NCBI GenBank assembly: GCA_964188305.1
Contig: OZ076892.1
Source: Podarcis bocagei
Lineage: Eukaryota
DNA: 64,000 nucleotides
Reading direction: 5' to 3' (one strand)
Both the position numbers and the translations under genes were made by a program. This document shows positions 49,505 through 59,991 of the stretch, one piece after another. The notes beneath the pieces are model-generated. The model searched no databases, was not told where the DNA came from, and saw nothing but the letters and a program-made list of their open reading frames with translations. The number at the start of each line of letters is the position of its first letter. Position 1 is the first letter of the stretch.

Positions 49505-49670
49505 CAAAGATGAGGGAGAATGACGTTCAGTTCACATTTTAATGTGAACTGGCCTCATTTGCAATTCCTGAAACAATCGGTGAAATCAAGCACATTTATC
49601 CTTTGAAATTCGCACTCCGCTGAATTTTGTGGCGCATATCTCCAGCCAAAACAGGGCACGAAAAGTTGGT
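49505..49670. mobile_element. Decayed fragment of a lizard non-autonomous DNA element
   Basis: TTCAGTTCACATTTTAATGTGAAC...TTTGAAATTCGCACTCCGCTGAATTTTG resembles a common lacertid repeat (recalled). Confidence 0.5.
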
Positions 49671-49967
49671 ACAGGTGTGGGGAAGCTTTGCTCTCCAGAT
49701 GCTGCTGAAGTACAACTTCCATCCTCCCTGGACATTGGTGTGTGTGTGCACACATGGAAAGGCAGTCAGCTACCAACCACAGGTAGTTTTAGACAATGGT
49801 TTCTGAGTCTGGCCCAGGTCTCCCATGCCATCAGGATCTGACCATCCTTGCTGTCTACTTGTAAGTAGACCAGAACGACTATAAGATAGACCAGTTTTGG
49901 AGTCACCATGCTTTAGTTTATTTTGTATTCTGTTTGGACAGTCTGCCTGCTCCCCCCCCCCCAAAAA

Positions 49968-50192
49968 AAAACTTCCTTAAACATTAGGAAGAACTTTCTG
50001 GTGGTAAGAGCAATTTGACAGTGGAATGGACTACCTTGGAAGGTGAAGGACTCTCCTTCATTGGAGGTTTTTAAACAGAGGTTGGATGGCCATCTGTCAG
50101 GGATTCTTTATTGTGAATCCTGCATTGCGGGGGTTGGTCTAGATGACCCTTGGGGGGTCCCTGTCAGCTACAATTCTATGACTCTATGATTC
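49968..50192 (+). mobile_element. CR1 3' fragment
   Basis: AAACATTAGGAAGAACTTTCTG...GGAGGTTTTTAAACAGAGGTTGGATGGCCATCTGTCAGGG...ACAATTCTATGACTCTATGATT. Confidence 0.9.
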
Positions 50193-51635
50193 CATACCTT
50201 CGTTTCTAATAAAGTTTCATCATTTGACCACTGAAATGTGTGCCATTGCCGACCTCAGGATTCTAGAATCCCCATGCTTGGAATCCATGCTACTGAAAAT
50301 TTAGCATCAGAATCATAAGAGGCCAGCATATTTTCTCTGCTCTGGGAGAGACTTGGGGAATGTCGGCTGCCTTTACACTCTGAGTAAACATCCCTATTCA
50401 TGACTATGACTTGAGCTGGGGCATTGTTTATGGGGGCGGGGAGTGTTGTTGCTAATATTGATATATATATATTTGGATCTTTATTTTAGATCTTATTTTT
50501 TATGTGAAGAATGTTCAAATGTTCACTGTGTACTTTTTAATGCTATCTTTATTTTTTATGACTCCTTTTGTTATGTTTGTATTTTTTTACATGTGATGAG
50601 CCACCTTGAGCGTGGTTTTAACGTTGGAAAGGTGGTGTACAAATAAAATGATTGACTGATGAAAAGCCATGATATTCTCTGTAGTGGTGGGGCCAGTTGC
50701 CTGCGGCTGAGTGAGGGTCTTCACATCATCATCAGGGGAGCAGCAAATCTAAAATTTGGTCCTTCTACTGGCGCATATCCATCGTCACATGATGACAACA
50801 ATAAATTGGTGTGGATGTGCCATCACAGATGCAACATCTCAGGTTAAATGTTGATGATCACCTCAAATCACTATGGAGTCATTTCACATGTTCATCAGGT
50901 GTACAATTGAACCCAATGGTAGCATAGGCATGTGTGAACCAGGTTAAAGCATCACTCATATCTTACCCACAGTGAGTGGACTATGTTTGCTGCTATGTAG
51001 AGGCCTGGAAAGCTGGACCAGCCAGATTTCTCTGCAACACAAACAGTTCCTGGTGGGTTTCCGTGCTGCACTGTGACTCACTCCTTAAATGTTCAAGCAA
51101 TTCTGACAGCATGTTTGCAGGGGAAACTTGAGCTTATTGGTAGTGAAAATGCAATTGATTTGCTGTAGCTACACATTAAAGCCAAAAGTGCCATTATTGC
51201 TAGTGCTGTGCTGCATTTTCGTGAAGGTCGATGCTTGATTTGAAAGCTGCTGTTGATGGTGGCCGGGGCATGGGAGTGTACCATGAACGAAAAACAAAAA
51301 CCCCACCTTCCAATTATTCTGCATATCTCTTTGAACCTGTCATTGATCTGCCGCTTCCCTGTCATTTCATTTCTTTATTACTCAAAAGAGCTCCTTTACT
51401 AATGTGATCCTAGACAATCAGGGATCAAATAGTTAACCATTTTTAAGACCTGTTGTCGTTATTAGAACTTTTAAAAGAAAGAAATGTTAATCATTAATCT
51501 CTTCGACAGCAAGAAATGACCCCCCCAAAAAAAAAAATAATCATGTACAAGTTTGGTACAATGGAGTCCAGTGCAATAGAATTACATAAAATGTTAAGTT
51601 GGCTATACATCTAAAGGCAGCTTAGCCCATCACTA

Positions 51636-51720
51636 ATAGCTGTGATTCCTGAATTCCTGGAGGTTGGACTAGATGACCCTTGGGAGACCTTCCAACTTTA
51701 CAGTTCTAAGATTCTATTAT
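51636..51720 (+). mobile_element. CR1 3' terminus
   Basis: AGCTGTGATTCCTG...GGTTGGACTAGATGACCCTTGGG...TTCCAACTTTACAGTTCTAAGATTCTAT. Confidence 0.8.
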
Positions 51721-52549
51721 CCTGTGTGCATGTAGAGAAACTGTACAAAATTTTCAAATTAGAAAAGAGGGAGAGAGAAGAAGTGGGAGGGGGAAGCAAT
51801 GGGATGTTTCTAGTTCAAAAAGACTAGGTCATTTGGAATGCCAAAATGCATGGATAAATTTGGGGATGGATAATTCTAAAAAGCATCCCTCGTTGAGGCA
51901 TATAACTGCTTTGCTAAACCAGGCTTAAATACAAAATATAATTTTGGGTAAGGGTTTTGCTGCTGTTGAGGGGAAATCTTGTTTCTTCGTGAGTGTGTAA
52001 ACAAATAATTACAACAAAGACGAGCAGATTAACGCAAGGTGGGGGAAAATTGCTATTGTGCAAATACCACAAACAACATTGCTGCAAAATGAGCTGCAAT
52101 TACCCCCTCCTCCCCCCAAAAGAGATGCACAAAGCTATATGTGTTTATACACAGAGATGCATTAAGCGGCAGTGGATTCGACTCAATCTTCTGTTATTTT
52201 CTTGGCTGATAAAACAAACAATGAAACATTCCAAATACCAGATGGATTTTCATGACCAAAGGAAAAACAAAACAAGATGTTAATTCTCTTTTAAGGAGAA
52301 GAAGAACAATATGTGTTTCTTACAGTCTCACAGAAAGCTCGATCGATTGCAGTTAAGTTGTAGAATAAATCCCTAAGGGTTTTGCTTTGTGAGACGAACA
52401 CTTTCTTCCTGCTATCACCTCATCCATTCATTTATTTGGTGTAGCTTTGTTTTTATTAAAAATAAAAAGTCTATCCCATGCATGGCCAGTTACAATACAG
52501 TTTCTGAAAGCTTCTACACTTGTTGGGCCAGTGTTGCAATTTGTGCGGT

Positions 52550-52690
52550 GGAAGAGCCAGTGTGATGTAGTGGTCCGAGTGTCAGACCATTATGACTTGG
52601 AAGACAGGGGTTCAAATCCCCACTCAGCTATGAAGCTTGCTGGGTGACCTTGGGCCAGTCACTGCCTCTCAGCCTAATCTAATTCACATG
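52550..52690 (+). mobile_element. MIR/Ther1-like SINE, 3'-truncated
   Basis: GAGCCAGTGTGATGTAGTGG...GGGTTCAAATCCCCACTCAGC...GGGTGACCTTGGGCCAGTCAC. Confidence 0.82.
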
Positions 52691-52915
52691 CAACAGATGT
52701 CCGAGAGGGAGAGAGCAAGAGAACACACTTGTTTAGTCCTGTTGGGGGGTTCAAGCACTACATTCAGGGGAGTGGCTGGGTGGGTTGGTAATGAGGAGTA
52801 GATGGACTCTAGTTCCCCTCATCCCTGACCATTGGCATTGCTGACTGGGACTGAAGGGAGATAGGAGTTCAGCTAGTGGTAGCTGGTGTCCAGTCCATTA
52901 GGTGCAGTGAAAAAA

Positions 52916-52992
52916 TGCATTGGAGGTGGTTGGACTAGATTACCCTTCGGGTACCTTCCAACTCTACAATTCTGCAACTCTGTGATCCTATG
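52916..52992 (+). mobile_element. CR1 3' tail (apparently the inverted end of the 53101 copy)
   Basis: TGCATTGGAGGTGGTTGGACTAGATTACCCTTCGGGTACCTTCCAACTCTACAATTCT. Confidence 0.82.
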
Positions 52993-53100
52993 AAAATCAT
53001 GAAATCAACACTAGGTGACACCAGAGCCAATGGCAGGCAGGGCAGACTAATTCTAGTTTTGTCCCCATCTCTTCTAAGTTCTACAAGGGCAAAGCTGTGA

Positions 53101-53418
53101 GGAAACATAGCTACAGAATCTCTGACAGATGGCCATCCCAACCTCTGTTGAAAAACCTCAAATGAAGGAGAGTCCACCACTTTCCAAGGTAGTCCATTCC
53201 ATTGTCGAACGGCTCTTGCCATTGGAAAGTTCTTCCTAATGTTTAGGCAGAATCTCACATTTTGTCCTTTGGATCCATTGGTTTGGGTCCTCCCGTCTGG
53301 AGCAGCAGAAAACAAGCTTGCCCCATCTTCCATGCTAACAGCCCTTCAGATATCTGAAGATGGCTATCATATTACCTCTCAGTCTTCTCTTATTCTAAAG
53401 ATACCCAGTCCCTCAACG
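53101..53418 (-). mobile_element. CR1 3' fragment lacking its terminal tail
   Basis: ORF 52935-53333 MEDGASLFSAAPDGRTQTNG...LNIRKNF..RAVRQWNGLPWKVVDSPSFEVFQQRL. Confidence 0.9.
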
Positions 53419-54226
53419 TGGAATATCTACCCCATATGTGGTCCACTGGCCAAGTTTTGGAACTGAACCAAGGATATACTGAAGATCACAAAGCATCCCA
53501 AGGTCATGTTGCTGGTATACAAGGACTACGGCTTCAGCTTTTTGCACTAACTCCACATCCATCTCTCCATCTGCCAAGAAGTGGCCTTGTTTGGAAACAC
53601 GAAAGCTTCAGGAAATGAAGACGTTGCATTAGCAGCCCTTCAGACAGAGGTTATTGATGGCAGGAATTATTCGTTTAGAAATTATGAGGTACACAAGCAC
53701 GGAGTACAATATAACATCAACACATACACCGCGAAAGAAGCTGAACTAAAAGACTACAAATCAGAGGCGTTTCAGTTACAAATTAAAAAGAGCAGGGAGA
53801 GTGCCGTGATTAATGGGACTTCTGCAAGAAGTCTGGATATATTCCTAAAAGCCTTGTTCATCCAGAGTTCCTCATCCTGCCATCGGCTGATCTGAAGTAT
53901 TCCTTGGCTGTCATGAATCAGTGCTGAAAAGTTTGATCAGCTTCCAAAAGGAAATGTATGGATTAAAGGGTGTTTAGGAGCATGATAAATATTAAAGTGG
54001 CTCTTTCTATTTCATGTTGAAGCTTTGAAAAAAAAGATGCTCATGTACGATCCATATTTTTAAACACCCAAGCTTTGTTCACACACATTTGTGGGTTTGT
54101 TTTGTGTTTTGTTCTTTTTTTTTTTTGTAAAGTTGCTCCATTACTTATATCAGGGATGGAGAATTGTTTGTTTTTACAGCCCAAGGGTCACACCCCTTTG
54201 AGGGCAACCCTCCTGAGGACATATGC

Positions 54227-54378
54227 CATAGAACTATAGGAATTGTAGAGTTGGAAGGGACCCCAAGAAGCCTCTAGTCCAACCCCCTTGCAATGCAGGA
54301 ATATGCAGCTGTCCCATATGGGGATCGACCCTGCAACCTTGGCATTATCAGCCCCATGCTCTAACCCGCTGAGCTATC
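54227..54378 (-). mobile_element. tRNA-Ile-headed SINE with CR1 tail
   Basis: Reverse strand GATAGCTCAGCGGGTTAGAGCATGGGGCTGATAATGCCAAGGTTGCAGGGTCGATCCCCATATGGGACAGCTG, then CR1 tail; inserted in a hAT MITE remnant (ATATGCCA|GTGGTAGG). Confidence 0.88.
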
Positions 54379-54922
54379 TAGTGGTAGGTATGGCTACAGG
54401 CCAAGGTTCTGGCTGGGACTAAATAGAGTTGTAGTCCAAAATGTCTGGAGGATAGCAGGATTGAGAAGTCTGCCTCACCCATCTCTCTAAGGATTTCTGC
54501 ACCAGATGGACCCTCTTTGCATCTCCCACTTCCTGGTCCAGTCACCATAACAATGGACATTTTGTTCTTTGCTAACATTGCCAGGGGTCAGATGAAATTC
54601 CTTTACAAATGGTTCATGGACTTTGAAGACAGGATGAAAGGGAGAAACCTGCTAAGAGGAAGGCATGTTTGGCAAACCCTCACCTTGATCAACTCCCACC
54701 CGGAAACCTATGTCCCCACTGTGGAAGGACGTTTGGATCCAGAATTGGCCTCTACAGTCACTTACGGACTCAGTGTTAGGATCATTTCCATGAAATACTA
54801 TCTTACTTGGCTACAAGTGATCGCCAAAGAAGAAGACGACACCAAGTGGATCACTGGCGTCTAGGTCCTGGCATTCCAAGGCTAACCCAGTAGCTTTGGC
54901 AGCAGACAGATGGTGCAGCAGG

Positions 54923-55096
54923 CAGAGGCAGATTTAGGGGAGCACGACCGGTTTGCCCACACTGAGTGCTGAGATGAGAGGGCGCCACAGGGGGTGCTGC
55001 GACAATGATGAGCAATGGAAGAAAGAGGCAGGGGGCACCAGTTTTTTGTGTCATGCAGGGCATTGCTGAAAATTTAAAGCCCAAAGTCCACCACTG
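54923..55096. mobile_element. hAT-type MITE
   Basis: Ends CAGAGGCAGATTT / AAGTCCACCACTG; CAGCAGG directly on both flanks. Confidence 0.72.
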
Positions 55097-55137
55097 CAGC
55101 AGGACTGCCTGAGGGCAGTGAGAGGGTAAGCTTAAAG

Positions 55138-55611
55138 CAGCGGCGTAGCGTGAGTTGTCAGCACCCGGGGCAACGCAAGTAATTTGCGCCCCCTAACCCG
55201 GGGCAAGGCAAGTAATTTGCGCCCCCCCAACCCCTAACCTGCGAGTTTCCGCTGGCGCTGCCGTGCAAACAACGCTGCTTGCCCAGAGGAGGATGGAGGC
55301 AGAAGCAGCCGCCGCCTGTGCCTGGGCCGAGGGGATGGCGGCGGCGGCAGGGTGCAGAGGCTGCCCGTGCCCGGCCAGGCGTCGGTGGCGGCGTCAGCGC
55401 TGCTGCAGTGGCTGCTCCTCCTGCGAGCAGTGAGCGGAGCGCAGCCACAGCGAGGGCGGGGGGCGCGCGCGCTAGGGCGCAAGGCTGGCGGTGGCGGCGG
55501 GGAGCCCGGCGGAGGAAGGAACTTGTCCCTTCCCTCTGGACTCGCACCCCCCCCCCAGATGTTGCGCCCGGTGCGGTCGGCACCCCTGGCACCCCCCACG
55601 CTACGCCACTG
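55138..55611. mobile_element. Young GC/CpG-rich hAT MITE
   Basis: TIR CAGCGGCGTAGCGTG / CACGCTACGCCACTG (14/15); exact 8-bp TSD GCTTAAAG at 55130-55137 and 55612-55619. Confidence 0.92.
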
Positions 55612-55615
55612 GCTT

Positions 55616-55932
55616 AAAGGTAAAGGTAAAGGGACCCCTGACCTTTAGGTCCAGTTGTGGCCGACTCTGGGGTTGCGGCGCTCATCTCGCTTTATTGGCC
55701 GAGGGAGCCAGTGTACAGCTTCCGGGTCATGTGGCCAGAATGACTAAGCCGCTTCTGGTGAACCAGAGCAGCACACGGAAATGCCGTTTACCTTCCCACT
55801 GGAGCGGTACCTATTTATCTACTTGCACTTTGACGTGCTTTTGAACTGCTAAGTTGGCAGGAACAGGGACAGAGCAATGGGAGCTCACCCCATCGCGGGG
55901 ATTCGAACCGCCGACCTTCTGATCGGCAAGTC
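55616..55932 (-). mobile_element. Sauria SINE, short subtype, 5'-truncated
   Basis: AAAGGTAAAGGTAAAGGGACCCCTG tail...GGTACCTATTTATCTACTTGCAC...GGATTCGAACCGCCGACCTTCTGATCGGCAAG. Confidence 0.93.
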
Positions 55933-56089
55933 ACCTGCAGCAGAATAGGAGAGGGAACACTGAACTCAACTCCAGAAGAAGCACATGAAAGCTCTGCTTC
56001 ATCTGGGGCAGGGGTGGGGAACATTTTTCAGCCTGAGGGTCAGATTCCTTTCTTGACAAACATCTGTGGGACACATGCCAGGACGCAGT

Positions 56090-56356
56090 AATGGCCACCA
56101 ACATGGATGGCTTTTAAAGATGACTGGGCAAATTCATAGAGGAGGAGGCTATCAATGGCTACTAATCAGGATGGCTACACTCTGCCTCCATGGTCAGACG
56201 CAGTAAAGCCTGGAGGGTAGAGTCCTCTTGTGGTCAGATCCTGCTTGCTGATTTCCTCTTGGGACATCTGGTTGGCCGCTGGAAGAACAGGATGCTAGAC
56301 TAAATGGGCCATTGACCTGATAACTTGGAGAAGATAACTAACTGTATTCTTATGTG
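56090..56356 (+). mobile_element. CR1 3' fragment (older lineage)
   Basis: ATGGCCACCAACATGGATGGCTTTTAAAG...AACAGGATGCTAGACTAAATGGGCC...TTCTTATG. Confidence 0.8.
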
Positions 56357-57227
56357 AGTAGGGCAAGATGCAAAACTGTCCGAAGAAACAAGTGTAAATG
56401 TTACACTGGTATGTTATCTTGTTTTGATTTAAAATGAGAGATTTTGACAACAACAACTAGAAGAACTTGCACCCCACCCATGAGAGGTTCACTGCAATTT
56501 TCTCCTTCCCTTCTCATTGATAGACGTGAAATGTTTTATTAAAATTAAAAATAAATGTGCGGGGAATTTTTTTTGGGCACAGTACTACAGGGGACACATT
56601 GACACATTTAGACTCCACAGGGTGTTTTCAGTCCCTACAGATGCAACCTCCTTCTTGTCCTAATGGTGAGCTGTTTCTACAACATAGCCCAGACCTCCGG
56701 AAAATCTGCTCCCTCCTTTGCTTTCAGTGCTCAATGCCACATGCTTAATATGCGGTCAGCGTACTTCACACCACAAGCATGACTGACCCATTTAAGCAAG
56801 TGTCACATTCAAACGCAGCACAGTCTTAAAAAGAGGGAGTGAGATCAAGCGTTGTGTGTTTCCTGCCTGGGCAAGGGAACGCCTCCAGCAGCATCCCAAA
56901 AGGGATGAGATGTTATTCTTTGCAATGTGTCTAATTTGAGTAGTCTTGATCAAGAGAAGATGTGCCCTTGCAACTCATTCCGCAAAGGCAGCAGCTTCCT
57001 GAAAATTGCCCTGCTTGCTGGCTGCTAAGGCGATGGTTTGCAAAGACAAAGAAGCAAAAAAGGAACTTTAAAAAAAAACTATACAGCAGAAGGTTGGAAT
57101 GATAAGTAGATACAAGCACCTTCTGGAAGGATCATGTTTGGGTCAAATCCTTCCAGTGGGGCACACAAAGAAGTATCCTGGTTGCAGCTGATGGGGTGGT
57201 AAAGCCATTGTGCTCATGGCTTCAAAA

Positions 57228-58055
57228 GATGGTAAGAAGAGCCTGCTGGATCAGACCAATGGCCCATCTAGTCTGGCATCACAGTGGCCAAATCTACAAG
57301 CAGGACTGGAGCACAACAGCGCTCTCCCCTCCTGTGGTTTCCAGCAACTGGTATTCAGAAGTATTGCTGCCTCTAACCAGGGAAGCAGAGCAGAGCTATT
57401 GTGACTACCAGCCATTGATAGCCATCTCCCCCACGAATGTATCCAGTCCTCTTTTAAAGCCATCCAAGTTGGTGGCCCTTCGGTTCCTCCTGTGGCAGAG
57501 AGTTCCATAGTTCAACGATACCCTGCATGAAGAAGGCCTTTCTTTTAACCATCCAGAGTCTCCCAACAGAGTCTCTTCATTAGATGTCCATGAGTTTTAT
57601 TGCTATGAAAGAGGGATGATTTTTTTTTTACTGTCCATTTTCTGCATGCCGTACATCATTCCGTAAACTTCTATCGTATCTTCTCTTACTCATCTTTCAT
57701 CTAAATTAAAAAGTCTCAGATACTGCAACCTTTCTTCATAGCAGAATTGATCCACCACCCTGACCATTTTAGTTTCCCTTTCTTCAAGCTTTCCCAACTC
57801 TGCAATATCTTTTTTGATGTGAAGGAGGTGACCAGAAGTGTACATTGTATTCCATATGCAGTCACACCATAAATTTGCATAATGGCGTTATGATATTGGC
57901 AGTTTTATTTTCAATTCATTTTCTAATGATTCCTAACATGGAATTTGCCTTTTTCACAACCAATGCACACAGGGTCAATACCTTAACCAAGCTACCTACA
58001 ATGATACCATGATCTTGTTTTTTGTTAGTCACTTCCAGTTAAGATCCCAAGAGTG
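57228..58055 (-). mobile_element. CR1 3' fragment (older lineage), ~0.8 kb
   Basis: TAAGAAGAGCCTGCTGGATCAGACCAATGGCCCATCTAGTC...colinear with 5101-6470. Confidence 0.88.
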
Positions 58056-58649
58056 TACATTAAAAAATGCCTCTGCACATCTCTCATGTCATGAATGTAT
58101 GCTTCCCCCACACAGACACAGAGTACAATTCAAGTTTTTATTTATTTAAAAGCACTTTAAAACCACTTCATCTTTAAAAAAAAATCTCTAAACAGTGCCT
58201 AGAACAAAACTGCTATTTAATTTTTTTTTTAAATTTTATCTCAAGTTTATCTGTACCTCTTTACATCAGCAAAGCTTGCAAAGTGGTTTGCGGAGACAAT
58301 TGAGAAAAATAAAATGCAATGAAATATTAACAATAGGATGCTGGTCATTCAACATCCACAGAAATTCCATAACGTACAACTTTCCACAAGTACAATGTAA
58401 GAACAATAAAACATTAGCAGAGGAAAAGCAGAGAGACAACTTAAAAACAGGAATGTCAGTCTTCTGGGCCCAATCCCAAACAGGCCTCCTTATGGGTCAG
58501 GGAAACCTTTGGGGGGAAAGATACATATTTGCAAGACATGTCTTTGAGATGTGATCTATACTGGTGTCAGTGATGACCATTGTACAGCAGTGTATAACTG
58601 CTGACCCCTCCTGGGACCTCTTCTTCTACACCTCCTCTTTGCTGCTGGT

Positions 58650-58862
58650 ATTATGTCATAGCAGTTAGATTGTTGGACTAAGACCTGAGATCAGGGTTCA
58701 AATCCCCAAGTGTCCATGAAGCTCACTTGGCTGTGGCTTTGGGCCAGTCACTGCCACATAGGGTTGTTGTGGGGATTGAAGGAGTGAACCACTTATGCGC
58801 GCACCACCTTGAGCTCATTGGAGAAAAGGGCAGGATATCAATGCAGCATACACATAAATAAA
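58650..58862 (+). mobile_element. MIR/Ther1-like SINE
   Basis: TTGGACTAAGACCTG...GGGTTCAAATCCCC...TTGGGCCAGTCAC...GGGTTGTTGTGGGG...CCACCTTGAGCTC. Confidence 0.78.
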
Positions 58863-59836
58863 ACTCTCAGGCTCTGGGGTGACTCCCTGTACCTTCTCCC
58901 TGTTCCATAGCCTCGCAGGACCTTTGAGGACTGCAGGCAGCTTTCTCAGGGAGCACTCCCATGGCAAGGGCAGGTTCTGACAGCCATCAGGTGACTCTGG
59001 TCCGCTGAGACAACATCTTCCAAAGATCCAGCAGGGTCGACTGGGAGCTGTCCATGGTCCTGATTCACCTTGCTGGAGGAGACTCTGATCATTGTTAGCA
59101 CTTCCTCCAGGACACACTAAACTCCATCAGAACAGGGCACAGTGTACCTTATTCCCAGCTGACTTCTAGAGTCCCCCACCCACCAGCTCCTGCTGTCTTT
59201 TGCTAAGCCTTAGCTGTTCCCGTCACTATCTCCTATCTCATTTAATACACCAAATGTCTGCATGTCTCTCATAGCAAAAACTCCCAGCAGCTTTTGCACC
59301 TCTAGGGCCGAGGGATGGGCAGGAAGGTTGCCGAGACTCAATTATTCTCACCTTGGCAGTCGGCATAAATGTCTTGCTTCTAAAATATTTATGCTGCCAT
59401 GAGATGGAGGCTTGCTGTAAATGGATTACAGGACTTGGGCCCGCTTTATCGAGTCAATAACCAAATGGAATAAGTTTTCTTATCTGTGTGGCTATGGGTT
59501 TTTCTCTCCCCCTTTCCTCGCTGTCCCCTTATCGTGCAGAGATTAGAGATTGCAAATGGCCATCAGGGGCCTGAATTCAAATTTTCTTCAAACGGCCACC
59601 AAGCTTTGTCACTTACGCAGATAGCATCTGGTTGGCTTTCAACCGCAGTTTGACAATATTAAAACAAGAACAGAGAAAGGGACCCCATTTGGAGTGGGGC
59701 ATGATATCTCCCCACCTAGCGTGACTAGAAATGGAATTTCTCTTTTCCCCTAATCTGGGTGCAGTACCATCTGCTTCCCCTGCCCCCACCCCTGCAAACT
59801 CACTGCCTACTGAGGAGGAGAAGCTTCTATAACAGA

Positions 59837-59991
59837 GCCTGGATAGCTCAGTTGGTTAGAGCGTGGTGCTGATAACGCCAAGGTTGCAGGTTCGATCCCC
59901 GTATGGGACAGCTGAATAGCACTACATTGCAGGAGGTTGAAGGACTAGACGATCCTCAGGGTACCTTCCAACTCTAGAATTCTATGATTCT
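59837..59991 (+). mobile_element. tRNA-Ile-headed SINE with CR1 tail
   Basis: TAGCTCAGTTGGTTAGAGCGTGGTGCTGATAACGCCAAGGTTGCAGGTTCGATCCCCGTATGGG, nearly identical to vertebrate tRNA-Ile(AAT) but with a GAT anticodon and unpaired acceptor stem; followed by CATTGCAGG...CTTCCAACTCTAGAATTCTATGATTCT. Confidence 0.92.

Noticed and set aside
49528-49551. Palindrome CAGTTCACATT-TT-AATGTGAACTG as a nuclear-receptor inverted repeat
   Set aside because: Lies inside a decayed repeat that I recall having this hairpin natively.
54517-54864. 115-aa ORF
   Set aside because: No recognisable domain, no splice context, flanked by TEs; length within chance expectation.
55138-55650. CpG island / first exon with several overlapping Ala/Arg/Gly/Pro-rich ORFs
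   Set aside because: Bounded by TIRs and an exact 8-bp TSD; the ORFs result from stop-codon scarcity in a GC-rich MITE.
59837-59910. Functional tRNA-Ile(GAT) gene
   Set aside because: The acceptor stem does not pair, there is no oligo-T terminator, and it is fused to a CR1 tail, so it is a SINE head.
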